Notes: generated from the letters alone by a model not told the origin. A stretch of 64,000 nt of DNA from an uncultured Acidobacteriota bacterium (GCA_963809485.1 CAWEJX010000008.1:32001-96000); one strand, 5' to 3'. Positions 48,958 through 58,526 are shown, numbered from the stretch's first letter. Numbers and translations are program-made.

Positions 48958-50010
48958 GTGACAACGGAACCTCAAAAACGAAGGCTGACGGAATCCAGCA
49001 GCGCGGCCGGTTGAGCCAGCAAAATGAGTCCGGCGGCGCTGGACAGGATTTTATCTAAGCTTCCGCGGCAGGAAGATCCCCGTCTGCTCGTGGGCTTCAG
49101 CAACAAAGATGATGCGGGTGTCTTTCTGCTCGAGGACGGTTTGGCGCTGGTTCAGACGACCGACTTTTTCACCCCGATCGTCGATGATCCTTACCAGTAC
49201 GGCCAGATAGCGGCGGCAAATTCCCTGTCGGACATTTACGCGATGAACGGGCGGCCGTTGACCGCGCTCTCCATCGTGTGTTACCCGGAGGACGGGGATC
49301 TGGATGCGCTGCAGCAGATTCTGGTCGGCGGCCTGGAAAAGATGATCGAGGCCAACTGCGTTGTGGTGGGCGGCCATATGGTGCGCGACCGGGAGATAAA
49401 ATTCGGCTATGCCGTTACGGGAACTGCGGCCCCGAACCGTGTATGGACAAACGCCGGAGCCGTGCCCGGAGACCAGCTGATATTGACCAAGCCGCTCGGC
49501 ACGGGCCTCATCGCCACGGCCCTTCGAGCCGCCAAAGCAGAACCCGCCTGGATCGATGCCGCGGTGCGCGTCATGAGCCGGCTTAACAGCGATGCGGCCG
49601 TCGCCCTGAACACTTTATCCGAAGCCGTTCATTCGGTGACGGATATCACGGGATTCGGTTTCCTCGGACATGCATGGGAGGTGGCGACGGCCAGCGGAGT
49701 CAGCCTGCGTCTGCAAAGCCGGAATATTCAGGCTTTGGAGGGCGCCCTGGAATGCGCCCGCAACGGCTTCATCGCGGGCGGCCTCAAAAAAAACCGGGAG
49801 TTCGTCGGAAGCTGCGCCGAATTCGCTGCCGGCGTCGGGCCGGATTTGCAGTGTCTTCTCTTTGATCCGCAAACCTCCGGAGGATTGCTCGCCTCGGTCG
49901 ATCCGGGATTTGCGGAAAAAGCCTGTACGCTTCTTGCGGCGGCAGGCTGCCCCGCCATGCGGGTTGGCGAGGTTATTCATAAAGCCTCCCCGCCGATCAG
50001 GATTATATAG
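48958..50010 (+). CDS. selD: Selenide, water dikinase (selenoprotein; UGA at 49012-49014 read as Sec)
   Basis: GTG start after GGGGAGA gives MTTEPQKRRLTESSSAAG-U-ASKMSP..., then DDAGV, TTDFFTPIVDDP, DITGFG, DPQTSGGLL. Confidence 0.93.
49028..49044 (+). promoter_or_regulatory. Candidate bacterial SECIS hairpin
   Basis: GTCCGGC-GGC-GCTGGAC stem-loop; the loop begins with G, 20 nt downstream of the UGA. Confidence 0.6.
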
Positions 50011-50047
50011 AAGGCTCCGATAGGCCGATTCCCAACATGAGCGGCGG

Positions 50048-50773
50048 TCAAAAGCGGTATTTGGCCTTTTTTACTTCCTGCCGAAAATCCACCCCGTGAA
50101 TTTCAATCTCCCGGCACATCTCGTAAAGCCGGGAGCGCAACCGTATTCCTATTCTGTCGGTCAAGGTTTCCTCTCCCGATTTTGCCGGCGCATCGAGATA
50201 GTTGGAGGTAAACAGGGTGACTTTCTTGTCGTTGTAGCGGTAGTTGATGATATGCGCGATGGTGTCGCGCACCCATTCCGTCGGCTTGTTGGCGCCCAGC
50301 TCGTCCAGAACGAGGATTCTGGCTTCCAGAACGGGCCGCAGAACATCCAGTTCGGAGGTCTGGGACACAGAGTTCCAGCTCGCCTGGATCTCTCGCAGGA
50401 GATCGCGGAAGTCATAAAAAAGGCCCCCATCGCCTTTTTCGACAATGACCTGTTTCAGGAGTGCCACAGCCAGGTGAGTTTTTCCCACGCCGCAGGTGCC
50501 CAGGAAAAGGAGGCCGACATCGATTTGAGGATATTTCTCCAGGAAACGCTGCACGTAGATTTTTGCTTTCTTCTGGGACTCATCATTGGGTTTGTAGGAA
50601 TCGAGGTCGCAGTGTTCGTAACGCTTCGGGATCCGCGCTTGCGCAAGGAGCCTCCCGACCCGCGCGCCCTCGATGCAGCTGCACCGGCGAACCTTCCCTG
50701 CACTTTCATCCGGTTCCCATCCGGAGCCGCTGCAGCGGGGGCAGACCTGGGATTCTGAAATCGGCGTATTCAT
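50048..50773 (-). CDS. DnaC/DnaI/IstB-like AAA+ ATPase with N-terminal Zn motif
   Basis: CPRC...CSC, Walker A GTCGVGKT, Walker B LVLDELG, TSN, RLRSRL. Confidence 0.88.
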   Translation of the reverse strand: MNTPISESQVCPRCSGSGWEPDESAGKVRRCSCIEGARVGRLLAQARIPKRYEHCDLDSYKPNDESQKKAKIYVQRFLEKYPQIDVGLLFLGTCGVGKTHLAVALLKQVIVEKGDGGLFYDFRDLLREIQASWNSVSQTSELDVLRPVLEARILVLDELGANKPTEWVRDTIAHIINYRYNDKKVTLFTSNYLDAPAKSGEETLTDRIGIRLRSRLYEMCREIEIHGVDFRQEVKKAKYRF

Positions 50774-50848
50774 GGAGCGTTCAGCCTAGCATAAGTGTAT
50801 GAATTGTTGGCCGGCTTTTCTCCGCAATGCCGGGAGCATGCCGGTGGA

Positions 50849-51916
50849 TTACTTTCCTTTGACTTTTGTTTTCGAAGCTTCGCTCTTCGGCCCGGCTTCA
50901 GCCTCAAGGGCTTTGAGTTCGGCATACATCTTCTGGACATTGGCGGGAAACAGGTTCTGGAACCGGTAGGCAGAGTATTTCGCGGGCAGCTGCACTGCCT
51001 GGATTGCTTGCTCCAGAGGGTCTCCGCGCGCGACCGCAGGTTCGACCATGCTTTTGAGTTCATGGAAATAGGCCAGAAATTTTTCCACGGCCTTACGGTC
51101 TCCCACAGCGCCGTGGCCTGGAACAAAGGTTTCCGCCTCCAGCTTCAGCACGTTTCCGAGCGTATCCATCCAGTTTAGAATGTTCGCGTCCTGGACATTC
51201 GGGATCGCCTCATTGAAAAACAGGTCTCCAAGAAAAGCGATTTTGGCAGCAGGCAGGAAAAGCACGATATCCCCATTGGTGTGGCCTTCGCCGAGGAATA
51301 CCAGCCGGACTTCCTGATTCCCTTCTTTCAGGGTCAGTCGTTCCTCCAGCGTTACGGAGGGAGCCTGAATGCGCAGACGGGATAAATTGGCCAGATATTG
51401 CTGGCGGCTTTCGATCTGCTCGCGGTAGCGCTGCGCCTGAGCGCGATTCCCTTCCCCCTCCATCTCGCGGCGCAGCTTTAGTATTTGCGATCCGGCGATT
51501 GCCATGGTCCGTTCGAGCGACGGGATATCCATTTCCAGCACGCCATTGCGGGCATTCAGGCTGCTGATCAGCTGGGCACCTTCAAACGCCTGGTTGCCGT
51601 GTGTGTGGTCCGCATGCGCGTGGCTGTTGACGACATAGCGTACCGGTTTGGGCGATATAGAGCGCACCTGATCCAGTAGTGCCTGGCCCGCCTCAGGAGT
51701 GAAATGAGTATCGAACACCAGCACGGAACGGTCCAGAACCAATATCCCCGTGTTGCCTACGGCATTTCCGTCCGGATTCGAGATGCTTGCATAGACCTGA
51801 TCGGTGATCTTCACCAGGTCCGCATTTTCTTTGGCCGATCCGGCCGGGCTATTAAGCCAGGTGAAGACTGTCAAAAACAGAAGAACCGCCGCTGATCCAT
51901 TCGCAGCCATCAACAC
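50849..51916 (-). CDS. Exported MBL-fold metallo-hydrolase
   Basis: SHAHADHTHGN, GHTNGD, GDLFF, VPGHG; signal peptide. Confidence 0.9.
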   Translation of the reverse strand: MLMAANGSAAVLLFLTVFTWLNSPAGSAKENADLVKITDQVYASISNPDGNAVGNTGILVLDRSVLVFDTHFTPEAGQALLDQVRSISPKPVRYVVNSHAHADHTHGNQAFEGAQLISSLNARNGVLEMDIPSLERTMAIAGSQILKLRREMEGEGNRAQAQRYREQIESRQQYLANLSRLRIQAPSVTLEERLTLKEGNQEVRLVFLGEGHTNGDIVLFLPAAKIAFLGDLFFNEAIPNVQDANILNWMDTLGNVLKLEAETFVPGHGAVGDRKAVEKFLAYFHELKSMVEPAVARGDPLEQAIQAVQLPAKYSAYRFQNLFPANVQKMYAELKALEAEAGPKSEASKTKVKGK

Positions 51917-52025
51917 CTCGCGATTGTTCCAGGCTCCCCGGCGCCTGTCGCGGAAAACACTCTGGGACCGTCCAGCTTATGTTAGCAGCTCAGCGGAATG
52001 CCTTACAGATCGGTGTGATAATTAC

Positions 52026-52282
52026 ATTGATAAATCCCCGGCTCTGCCGGGGGACTCAAAGAGTTTGACAGCTCCGTATTTTAAAACGCTGAGAAACGCC
52101 GATTTGTTCGGCGAGGTTCGGCGAGCAAAAGCCGATGAGGCACTTCGCGCTGGCCCCTGCGGGGATCGGAAGCGCCTCATCGGCTTTTGCCCGCGTAAGT
52201 CAGCGTTCAAGACCGGGGCAACTCCTCCAACCGCTTTGAGCGGTTCAAATCTTGCCTCCGGCTTTGCCGGAGGTATCTGACT
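52026..52282 (+). mobile_element. Family 1 element, copy G (IR2 and core deleted)
   Basis: Both ends intact and both IR1 arms at least partly present; preceded by TTAC. Confidence 0.8.
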
Positions 52283-52464
52283 TCCGGGCGCAAGCCGCAA
52301 TTACCAGGTTTACGCTCCAGGACTCGAGACCTGCAACCTCTGCCTGTTCGTCGGCCATCATCCCGGGCGATGCCTTCCGGAGGCTCGGCCAGGGTTCTCG
52401 CACCCTATATGCTGGCAGTGTGCAATGAGGATTGGTTCTTGGACAGAAGTGCCGCCTGGTCCCG

Positions 52465-53667
52465 TTATTCCCGGAACAACCGGGGAGCAAAGCCCGATTC
52501 GCGCTGCCGGGGAGCCTCCACCAGACTGACTGATTTCTGCATCCTGGATCGTCCCCGGTAGAGCGTAACCTTGACACTGTCTCCGGGACGTTTTTTCTCC
52601 AGAAGCAATCGTAGCTCATCCAGCGAGGACACCTGCTGGCCGTCAACCTCCGTGATGATATCCCCCCCGATAAGGATGCGCTCGTTATATAGGAGCGCGA
52701 TCTGATTCGCCCCCTGAATTCCGGCGTTATCTGCGGAACTCCCGCGATGAACCCGGGCCACCAGGATGCCGGTCTCGACCGGGAGATTCAAATCGCCCGC
52801 GAGATCTTCATTCAGGGAGTAGCCTTCCACGCCGAACCAGGGACGAAGCACCCGTCCCTCCCTTATCAATTCGGTTGCAACGCGGCGGATTGTGTTTATG
52901 GGGATGGCGAAGCCGATGCCTATGTTTCCTCCGCCGATGGTAAAAATCGAGGTGTTAACTCCTATCATCTCGCCGCTGGTATTCAGCAGAGGCCCCCCGG
53001 AATTTCCGGGGTTGATCGCGGCATCTGTCTGGATGACGTTGTCCACAAGGTCGCCGCCCTCTGTCCGGATCCTCCTGCCCACGGAGCTGACGATGCCGAC
53101 CGTCAGTGTATTCTGCAGGCCGAGGGGATTCCCGATGGCCAGCACTTTCTGCCCGACTTTCAAGGCATCCGAATTTCCGAAGGGAATGGGATACAGACGT
53201 TCCTTGGGAGCTCCGATCAGGCGAATGACGGCAAGGTCGTTCTGCTGGTCGACTCCGACAACCTTGGCATGATATTTGGTCCGGTCGGGAAGCGCGACCT
53301 CCAGGCTTTCCGCGGATTCTATTACGTGATAATTCGTCAGAATGTGCCCGTCCCGATCCAAAACGCATCCGCTGCCCGTCCCCTCGCGGGCGACCGGTGT
53401 GAAGAAAAATTCATACTCCACGACCGTTCGGGTAATATTGACCACACCCGGACTGACGTTGCTGTAAACCCTGATGTTGGTTTCTTCATCCGTGCTCAGC
53501 GCCGCCTGCTCTGCAGGAACTGCTGCAAGAGCGGGTGCCGGCGTTTCCCTGGCGGGGTGCCCGGGAATCCAGTTCCACCGCAACCCAATAAACGTCGCGG
53601 CGCTCGCCAGGAGCGCCGCGATAATGCACAACCTTACGGGATGATTTCTCATACGGCCCACCCGCAT
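52465..53667 (-). CDS. HtrA/DegP-family serine protease with one PDZ domain
   Basis: TNYHV, DLAV, TDAAINPGNSGGPL, PDZ (GDIITEVDG). Confidence 0.93.
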   Translation of the reverse strand: MRVGRMRNHPVRLCIIAALLASAATFIGLRWNWIPGHPARETPAPALAAVPAEQAALSTDEETNIRVYSNVSPGVVNITRTVVEYEFFFTPVAREGTGSGCVLDRDGHILTNYHVIESAESLEVALPDRTKYHAKVVGVDQQNDLAVIRLIGAPKERLYPIPFGNSDALKVGQKVLAIGNPLGLQNTLTVGIVSSVGRRIRTEGGDLVDNVIQTDAAINPGNSGGPLLNTSGEMIGVNTSIFTIGGGNIGIGFAIPINTIRRVATELIREGRVLRPWFGVEGYSLNEDLAGDLNLPVETGILVARVHRGSSADNAGIQGANQIALLYNERILIGGDIITEVDGQQVSSLDELRLLLEKKRPGDSVKVTLYRGRSRMQKSVSLVEAPRQRESGFAPRLFRE

Positions 53668-53715
53668 TTCCCCGGGGCTTTGATATATCAGCCCCGGATG
53701 GATCGCTGACTGCGG

Positions 53716-54855
53716 CTACCGAAGGGTGATCGCAATCCCGCTTGAAGATATGTTCATATTCATCGCGAGAGAGCTCTTGGGAAGGTCGGGGACCGTCACC
53801 GTCGTCGTCATCTTGAAAATGCTCATGGCAAGCTTGTAATCCCCGGTAGGGACCGGTTGCGAGAAGCGGCAATTGCCTTTATTGCCTTCGGTCAGGATGG
53901 GCGTCGACTGATAGGATCCGGATGGTCCCTGAAGAACCAGCACAAACCCGTCCAGCCGGTCCATGCTGAACGCTCCACTCAGCCTGGTAATGGAAACAGA
54001 AATGGATTTGGGCGCCTTCTTGAGCGCCTCTTCCTTGGCGTCCTTCTGCCGTTGCTGCTCGGCTTCCTCCTGCACATTCCCGAACCATCTCGATCGCATG
54101 GCCTCCAGATCGCCGGAGGTTTTCAGCCTGTCGATGGTCTCGTTGATTTTCGCAAGAAGCTCCGTTTCAGCCTTGCGCACAACCACGGCGTACTGATACT
54201 TGTTGACCAGGTCGGGCAGCGTAGTCGTGTTGGGATAGCTCTTGTATCCGCTGTAAGTCAGGATGGGCTTGTCACCCACGACCGCATCGATTTCAGCCCG
54301 GTTCAGAGCGCCCAGAGCGTCGTCCATGGTCGAAAACCTTGAAATGGCAACGCCCGCCGCTGTCTTCTGGGAGGACATGAAGCTGTCGCCCGGGCGTCCG
54401 GTGCAAACACCGACCTTCTTGCCGGCAAGACTGGCGAGCCCCTTGATCTCGAAGTTATCCCGCCGGTGAGCAATGGCATCCCCGCTGTCGTAGTAAGGCT
54501 TTGAGAAGGCGAAATCCTCGCCCCGTTTGGGATCGATCGCTATGGCGGAGATGATGATTTCCGCTTCTCCGTTCTTGAGCAATTCAAACAGATGGTCGTA
54601 GCCGGAAACCTTGACCCATTTGATTTCGATGCCCAGATCCTTCCCTATCTCGGTGCCGAGATCGACATCCATTCCCTGAACACCGGTCCCAGACCCAAAC
54701 TCCAGGGGTGCATTCACAGCGTCAATGATGATGCGCACCAACTTGTTCTTCTTCATGCTTTCCGCGGCGCTTGGAATTTCTTTTTCCTTCTGACCGCATC
54801 CCGCAAGGGTTATCACAAGGCTGATAATCAATAGAGTGCATTTTGCGATTCGCAA
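53716..54855 (-). CDS. Amino-acid-type substrate-binding lipoprotein (family 3) with C-terminal extension
   Basis: Lipobox LAGC, GMDVDL, FSKPYY, LAGKKVGV; TTG start with AGGAGG RBS. Confidence 0.85.
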   Translation of the reverse strand: MRIAKCTLLIISLVITLAGCGQKEKEIPSAAESMKKNKLVRIIIDAVNAPLEFGSGTGVQGMDVDLGTEIGKDLGIEIKWVKVSGYDHLFELLKNGEAEIIISAIAIDPKRGEDFAFSKPYYDSGDAIAHRRDNFEIKGLASLAGKKVGVCTGRPGDSFMSSQKTAAGVAISRFSTMDDALGALNRAEIDAVVGDKPILTYSGYKSYPNTTTLPDLVNKYQYAVVVRKAETELLAKINETIDRLKTSGDLEAMRSRWFGNVQEEAEQQRQKDAKEEALKKAPKSISVSITRLSGAFSMDRLDGFVLVLQGPSGSYQSTPILTEGNKGNCRFSQPVPTGDYKLAMSIFKMTTTVTVPDLPKSSLAMNMNISSSGIAITLR

Positions 54856-55004
54856 TTCTTACCTCCTAAGGGGAAATAGCAGCCAACTGCACAGTTCGAT
54901 GGCCGGCAGGTGGTATTCTAGCCAAATTGGAACAGCTACCAAAGCTTTTTTCGATAATACTTTGAAAAGTCCCAGCCTGATAAAACCAGCCTTCGCAATT
55001 TCGG

Positions 55005-56192
55005 TTAAAGCCTCCGGTCTCTCAATGTTAAAAGGATACTGCCTGCAGCCAGCAAATTCGAGATGGCCCCCAGCACGCAAACCGCCGTGTAGCCCCTCCA
55101 TTCGAACAGGATGCCGGAGAGCAGGCCGGCCAGGCCGATCCCGAGCTGCGAAAAGGAATTCTTCAGGGCGACAAACGTGCCGCGCAGATCCGAAGGCGCG
55201 ATTTCCGTGAGCACCGCCTCCATAGGACCCTGTCGGAAGGCTGCCGATACGCTGATAGTGCCGAAAACCGCGAATAGGGCCCATCCCCAGTGCATGCCCG
55301 GAAGGATGAAGAGGAACAATGCCAGAAACAGGCTGCTGAGAATAAACTGGAGTCTTTTGCCAATTCTATCGGCGATCGATCCGGCAAAAGGGGACGCCAG
55401 AAGGGCTGCGATCCCCGAAACCAGAAATACAAATCCGACCCTGCTGCCCGAAATGCCGAACGAGTCCTTTAGCCATACCCCAAGGAACGCAAGAAAGCCC
55501 ATGGTCCCGGCTGATGCGAAAAAGGAGCTCATCAATGCCCCGACCGAGATCTTTTCCGTTAAAAAGCCTCTATATTGCTTCCAACACTTCGCCAACGGCA
55601 TGGCCGGGCTGCTGCCGACCTTTCGGGACAGCGCTGGCAATATAAAATACACGGCAGAAAGCGCCCCAAGCGACAATCCCGCCATGGCAGCGAAGACGGT
55701 ATTCCAGCCGAAGCGTTCGCCCATCCACGATCCCAGCGGCACTCCCAGTATCAAGGCAGCAAAATAGGACGAGAAAATGCACCCCATAGCCCAACCGCGG
55801 TTTTGATAGGGGAAGAAATCGGCCGCATAAGACAGGGTGTTGAGGCTGAGCATGCTTGCACCCATTCCGGTAACGATCCGTCCGGTGAAAAGACCGGCAA
55901 AATCCGCAGACATGCTCGAGAGCACCGAACCGGCCCCGAAGATCATCAATCCGAGGCACAAGCCCTGCCTGCGTCCGAAAACATCCGACAGCGGCCCCCA
56001 GATGAGGACAGCCAATCCGGCGCAAAATGAATATCCGGTAAAAAGCAGACCCATATCGGGGGCAGATGCCCTGAATTGAGCGCGGATGAAGGGAAGCAGC
56101 GGGCTGAGTATTTGGTTGTCGGCTACCCCGACGAAAAGAATACTGAAGAGACAGGCGAGGACTCTCCATTCATCCTTGGGTCGGGAGGTCAT
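55005..56192 (-). CDS. MFS transporter
   Basis: GPLSDVFGRR and GSIADRIGKR loops; about 12 hydrophobic segments. Confidence 0.92.
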   Translation of the reverse strand: MTSRPKDEWRVLACLFSILFVGVADNQILSPLLPFIRAQFRASAPDMGLLFTGYSFCAGLAVLIWGPLSDVFGRRQGLCLGLMIFGAGSVLSSMSADFAGLFTGRIVTGMGASMLSLNTLSYAADFFPYQNRGWAMGCIFSSYFAALILGVPLGSWMGERFGWNTVFAAMAGLSLGALSAVYFILPALSRKVGSSPAMPLAKCWKQYRGFLTEKISVGALMSSFFASAGTMGFLAFLGVWLKDSFGISGSRVGFVFLVSGIAALLASPFAGSIADRIGKRLQFILSSLFLALFLFILPGMHWGWALFAVFGTISVSAAFRQGPMEAVLTEIAPSDLRGTFVALKNSFSQLGIGLAGLLSGILFEWRGYTAVCVLGAISNLLAAGSILLTLRDRRL

Positions 56193-56199
56193 GCGAGCG

Positions 56200-56559
56200 T
56201 TATTCGAAGTGCTTGATTTGCAGATGCTCGGCCGCAATGTCGGTCAAATCGACGACAGACGCTGCCGCCACGCCCATTGCGATGGCAATGGCTTCACTGA
56301 TTTCCTCGCGGGTGGCGCCGAATTTCTTCGCCTTTTTGATGTGCCCGTTCAGGCAACCCTGACACCTGAATCCCAGCGATGCGGCAATAGCAATAAGTTC
56401 TTTCGTTTTGCGATCGATCCTGGATTTTTTGTACGTCTCCTGGTAGAAGTCGAAATAAATCTTCTTCATCCGGTCTTCAACCATCGTATACGAAGGCCAT
56501 CCTGCCTTGGGTTCCGGAGTCATCGCATTCTGGTTCGTGGCATCCAGCGGATCTTTCAT
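56200..56559 (-). CDS. Carboxymuconolactone decarboxylase/AhpD-family protein
   Basis: KTKELIAIAAS...CQGCLNGH...GATREEI.EA. Start uncertain (56559 or 56484). Confidence 0.88.
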   Translation of the reverse strand: MKDPLDATNQNAMTPEPKAGWPSYTMVEDRMKKIYFDFYQETYKKSRIDRKTKELIAIAASLGFRCQGCLNGHIKKAKKFGATREEISEAIAIAMGVAAASVVDLTDIAAEHLQIKHFE

Positions 56560-56665
56560 AATGCCGGATTTCTCCTTTCTTAAGCGGGGCTAGATTAGGA
56601 AGCTGGAAAACTTAAGGATCGTATCACTAATGATACGATCTTCACAACGCCGTAAGACCTACATT

Positions 56666-57017
56666 TAACTAGTTTCTGCTCCGAAAATAGCGAAGCTGAT
56701 GAATCAGTTACACCCTTCATTCACCAAATTGAGCGTCGGCGAAGCCGATTTTCATGCGCTTGGGTGCGCCCCGGGCGCATGGAGGACTGTCGCGAAACTG
56801 GTTTGCGTCGCGTAGCGACGCTTGAGATTCAGCCGTCGCTACGCGACGGAAAACCTAACTCCTTTAGGCCCAGGCCTTAAAAGGCCTGGCTAAATTCAGC
56901 TGGCCGCTGCGCGGCCTGCCTCTCATTTCCGGCTTCCATGTAATATCAAATATCCTATCGGCTGTTATAAGATCCGGTTTCCTCGCAAAACCCGGGTTTC
57001 GCTGCAGAAACTAATTA
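56666..57017. mobile_element. MITE-like element with terminal inverted repeats enclosing REP-like palindromes
   Basis: taactagtttctgctccgaaa and tttcgctgcagaaactaatta are an inverted match at 18 of 21 positions. Internal palindromes: gtcgcgtagcgacg/cgtcgctacgcgac and ccaggccttaaaaggcctgg. Confidence 0.55.
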
Positions 57018-57102
57018 GCAATGACAAACGCTGAAATCAACCTATATCCATATTTGAGGTCCACACAAAACCGATCGACCTGGCTGCAGCAGAAATATCA
57101 GC

Positions 57103-57567
57103 TTACAGAGAGCGCTGCATGATCCAGGCGTCTTCGACGGGATCCGTATAATAATTCAGACGGGTTCCCATAATCCGGAAATCATGGTTGTAGTAAAACT
57201 GTATTGCATTCTGGTTGGATTTTCGCACTTCGAGAAAACACCGGCTGCAGCCGCGCTGCATCCCTTCCGCATAGGCTGTTTCCATCAACTGAGTGCCGAT
57301 TCCCTGGCGCTGCCACCCGGGGAAAACTCCAAGCTTAAGGATTTCCAGATCCTCGCAGATCGAGCGGGCAAGCACGAATCCGACCAAAATCTGCCGGCCG
57401 GGATCTTCCATCCATACAGCTTTGCAGCCAAAATATTCCGGGGACTCTTCGAGGAAGCGGCGATAGTTGTCCTTTCCCCAAAAAGCCAGCTGCACCTGAT
57501 CCTCGAGAGGCCTGAGCGCCGGGACGTCATCCACAGTAAGGCGGGCAAGAAAACAATTCGATCCCAT
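57103..57567 (-). CDS. rimI: Ribosomal protein S18 alanine N-acetyltransferase (GNAT)
   Basis: QRQGIG, LEVRKSN..AIQFY, YYTDPVEDA; follows tsaB. Confidence 0.88.
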   Translation of the reverse strand: MGSNCFLARLTVDDVPALRPLEDQVQLAFWGKDNYRRFLEESPEYFGCKAVWMEDPGRQILVGFVLARSICEDLEILKLGVFPGWQRQGIGTQLMETAYAEGMQRGCSRCFLEVRKSNQNAIQFYYNHDFRIMGTRLNYYTDPVEDAWIMQRSL

Positions 57568-57568
57568 T

Positions 57569-58282
57569 TCAGCGCACCCGCTCTTTTTTTCTGACAGCAT
57601 CCGGAGGCCTTATGTACAGGGGCTCGGAAACCAGGTACTCTCCCGAGCGCCATGCCCTTTTTCGAGATAATGCGAGCCGGCCGATATCTGCGGCCAGGAA
57701 AAGATCCGTGGACAGGATGCGGGGCCAGCCCGAATCCTTCGTACTGCCGAATCCGCAAACCTGCGTCTCTCCCGCTATGAATAAATGTCTGCCCGCAATA
57801 CGCTGCGCTAATTCCGTCGCATCCAGCAGCGCAGGCTTTCGAGCGATGCGGCAACGGCCTTCCCGACAGAGAAACTCGGCATAATAAACCTGAGACCTGT
57901 GCGCATCCAGAACTACCCCGACGGTTCCGCTGGCCTTCATTAAGGATGCGGCCTGATGAGCCAGTGCGTCAAGCCCCGAGATCCCGGCGAAGGGAATCGA
58001 AAGAGACTGCGCGATTCCGAGCGCGGTAGCCATGCCGATTCGAATGCCGGTGAATGAACCCGGACCGATCCCTATGGCCACAAGGCTAAGGTCGGCCAGT
58101 TTCCATCCCAGCCGCTCCAGCAGAAAATTTATCGAACTGAGCAGGATGGTCGAGTGGCTTTGCGGCGCATGCAGCCGCAGTTCGGCAAGCACTTCCCGCC
58201 CTTCGAGCAGAACGACACTTCCCCGCACAGATGAGGTGTCGAAGGCCAAGATCCTGGAAGCCCGTTTCAAAGGTATCATCAT
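57569..58282 (-). CDS. tsaB: tRNA t6A biosynthesis protein TsaB
   Basis: ILAFDTS, HS, GIGPGSFTGIRIG, DAHRSQVY, PLYIR. Start approximate. Confidence 0.92.
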   Translation of the reverse strand: MMIPLKRASRILAFDTSSVRGSVVLLEGREVLAELRLHAPQSHSTILLSSINFLLERLGWKLADLSLVAIGIGPGSFTGIRIGMATALGIAQSLSIPFAGISGLDALAHQAASLMKASGTVGVVLDAHRSQVYYAEFLCREGRCRIARKPALLDATELAQRIAGRHLFIAGETQVCGFGSTKDSGWPRILSTDLFLAADIGRLALSRKRAWRSGEYLVSEPLYIRPPDAVRKKERVR

Positions 58283-58526
58283 TGACAATAGCAGGAGCCG
58301 AATTATATACTGCAGGTTCTTTATATACAAGCACTTGTGCCCCGAATCGGCGTTTCCCGGGGGGGCCATGTCCCCGAAGGGTTTTCCATCGCAGCTGGTC
58401 CGGGCACCGTGTCGGACCGGAACGGAAAACCACCCGGGCCCGACAATTCCATGAAGGACGGCGGGAGGGCAACTCCCCGGATCGTCAGGCTGCAAAAAAT
58501 GCCCGGCGGTATAAGAAAAGAGCGCA

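Noticed and set aside
50048-50773. IS21 element (IstB)
   Set aside because: No istA DDE transposase or terminal repeats nearby.
50849-51916. Metallo-beta-lactamase resistance gene
   Set aside because: Only the generic HxHxDH fold motif is visible, with a helical insertion. Nothing indicates beta-lactam specificity or a mobile context.
56200-56559. Second selenoprotein (AhpD-like)
   Set aside because: The redox motif is CQGC with Cys codons and there is no in-frame UGA.
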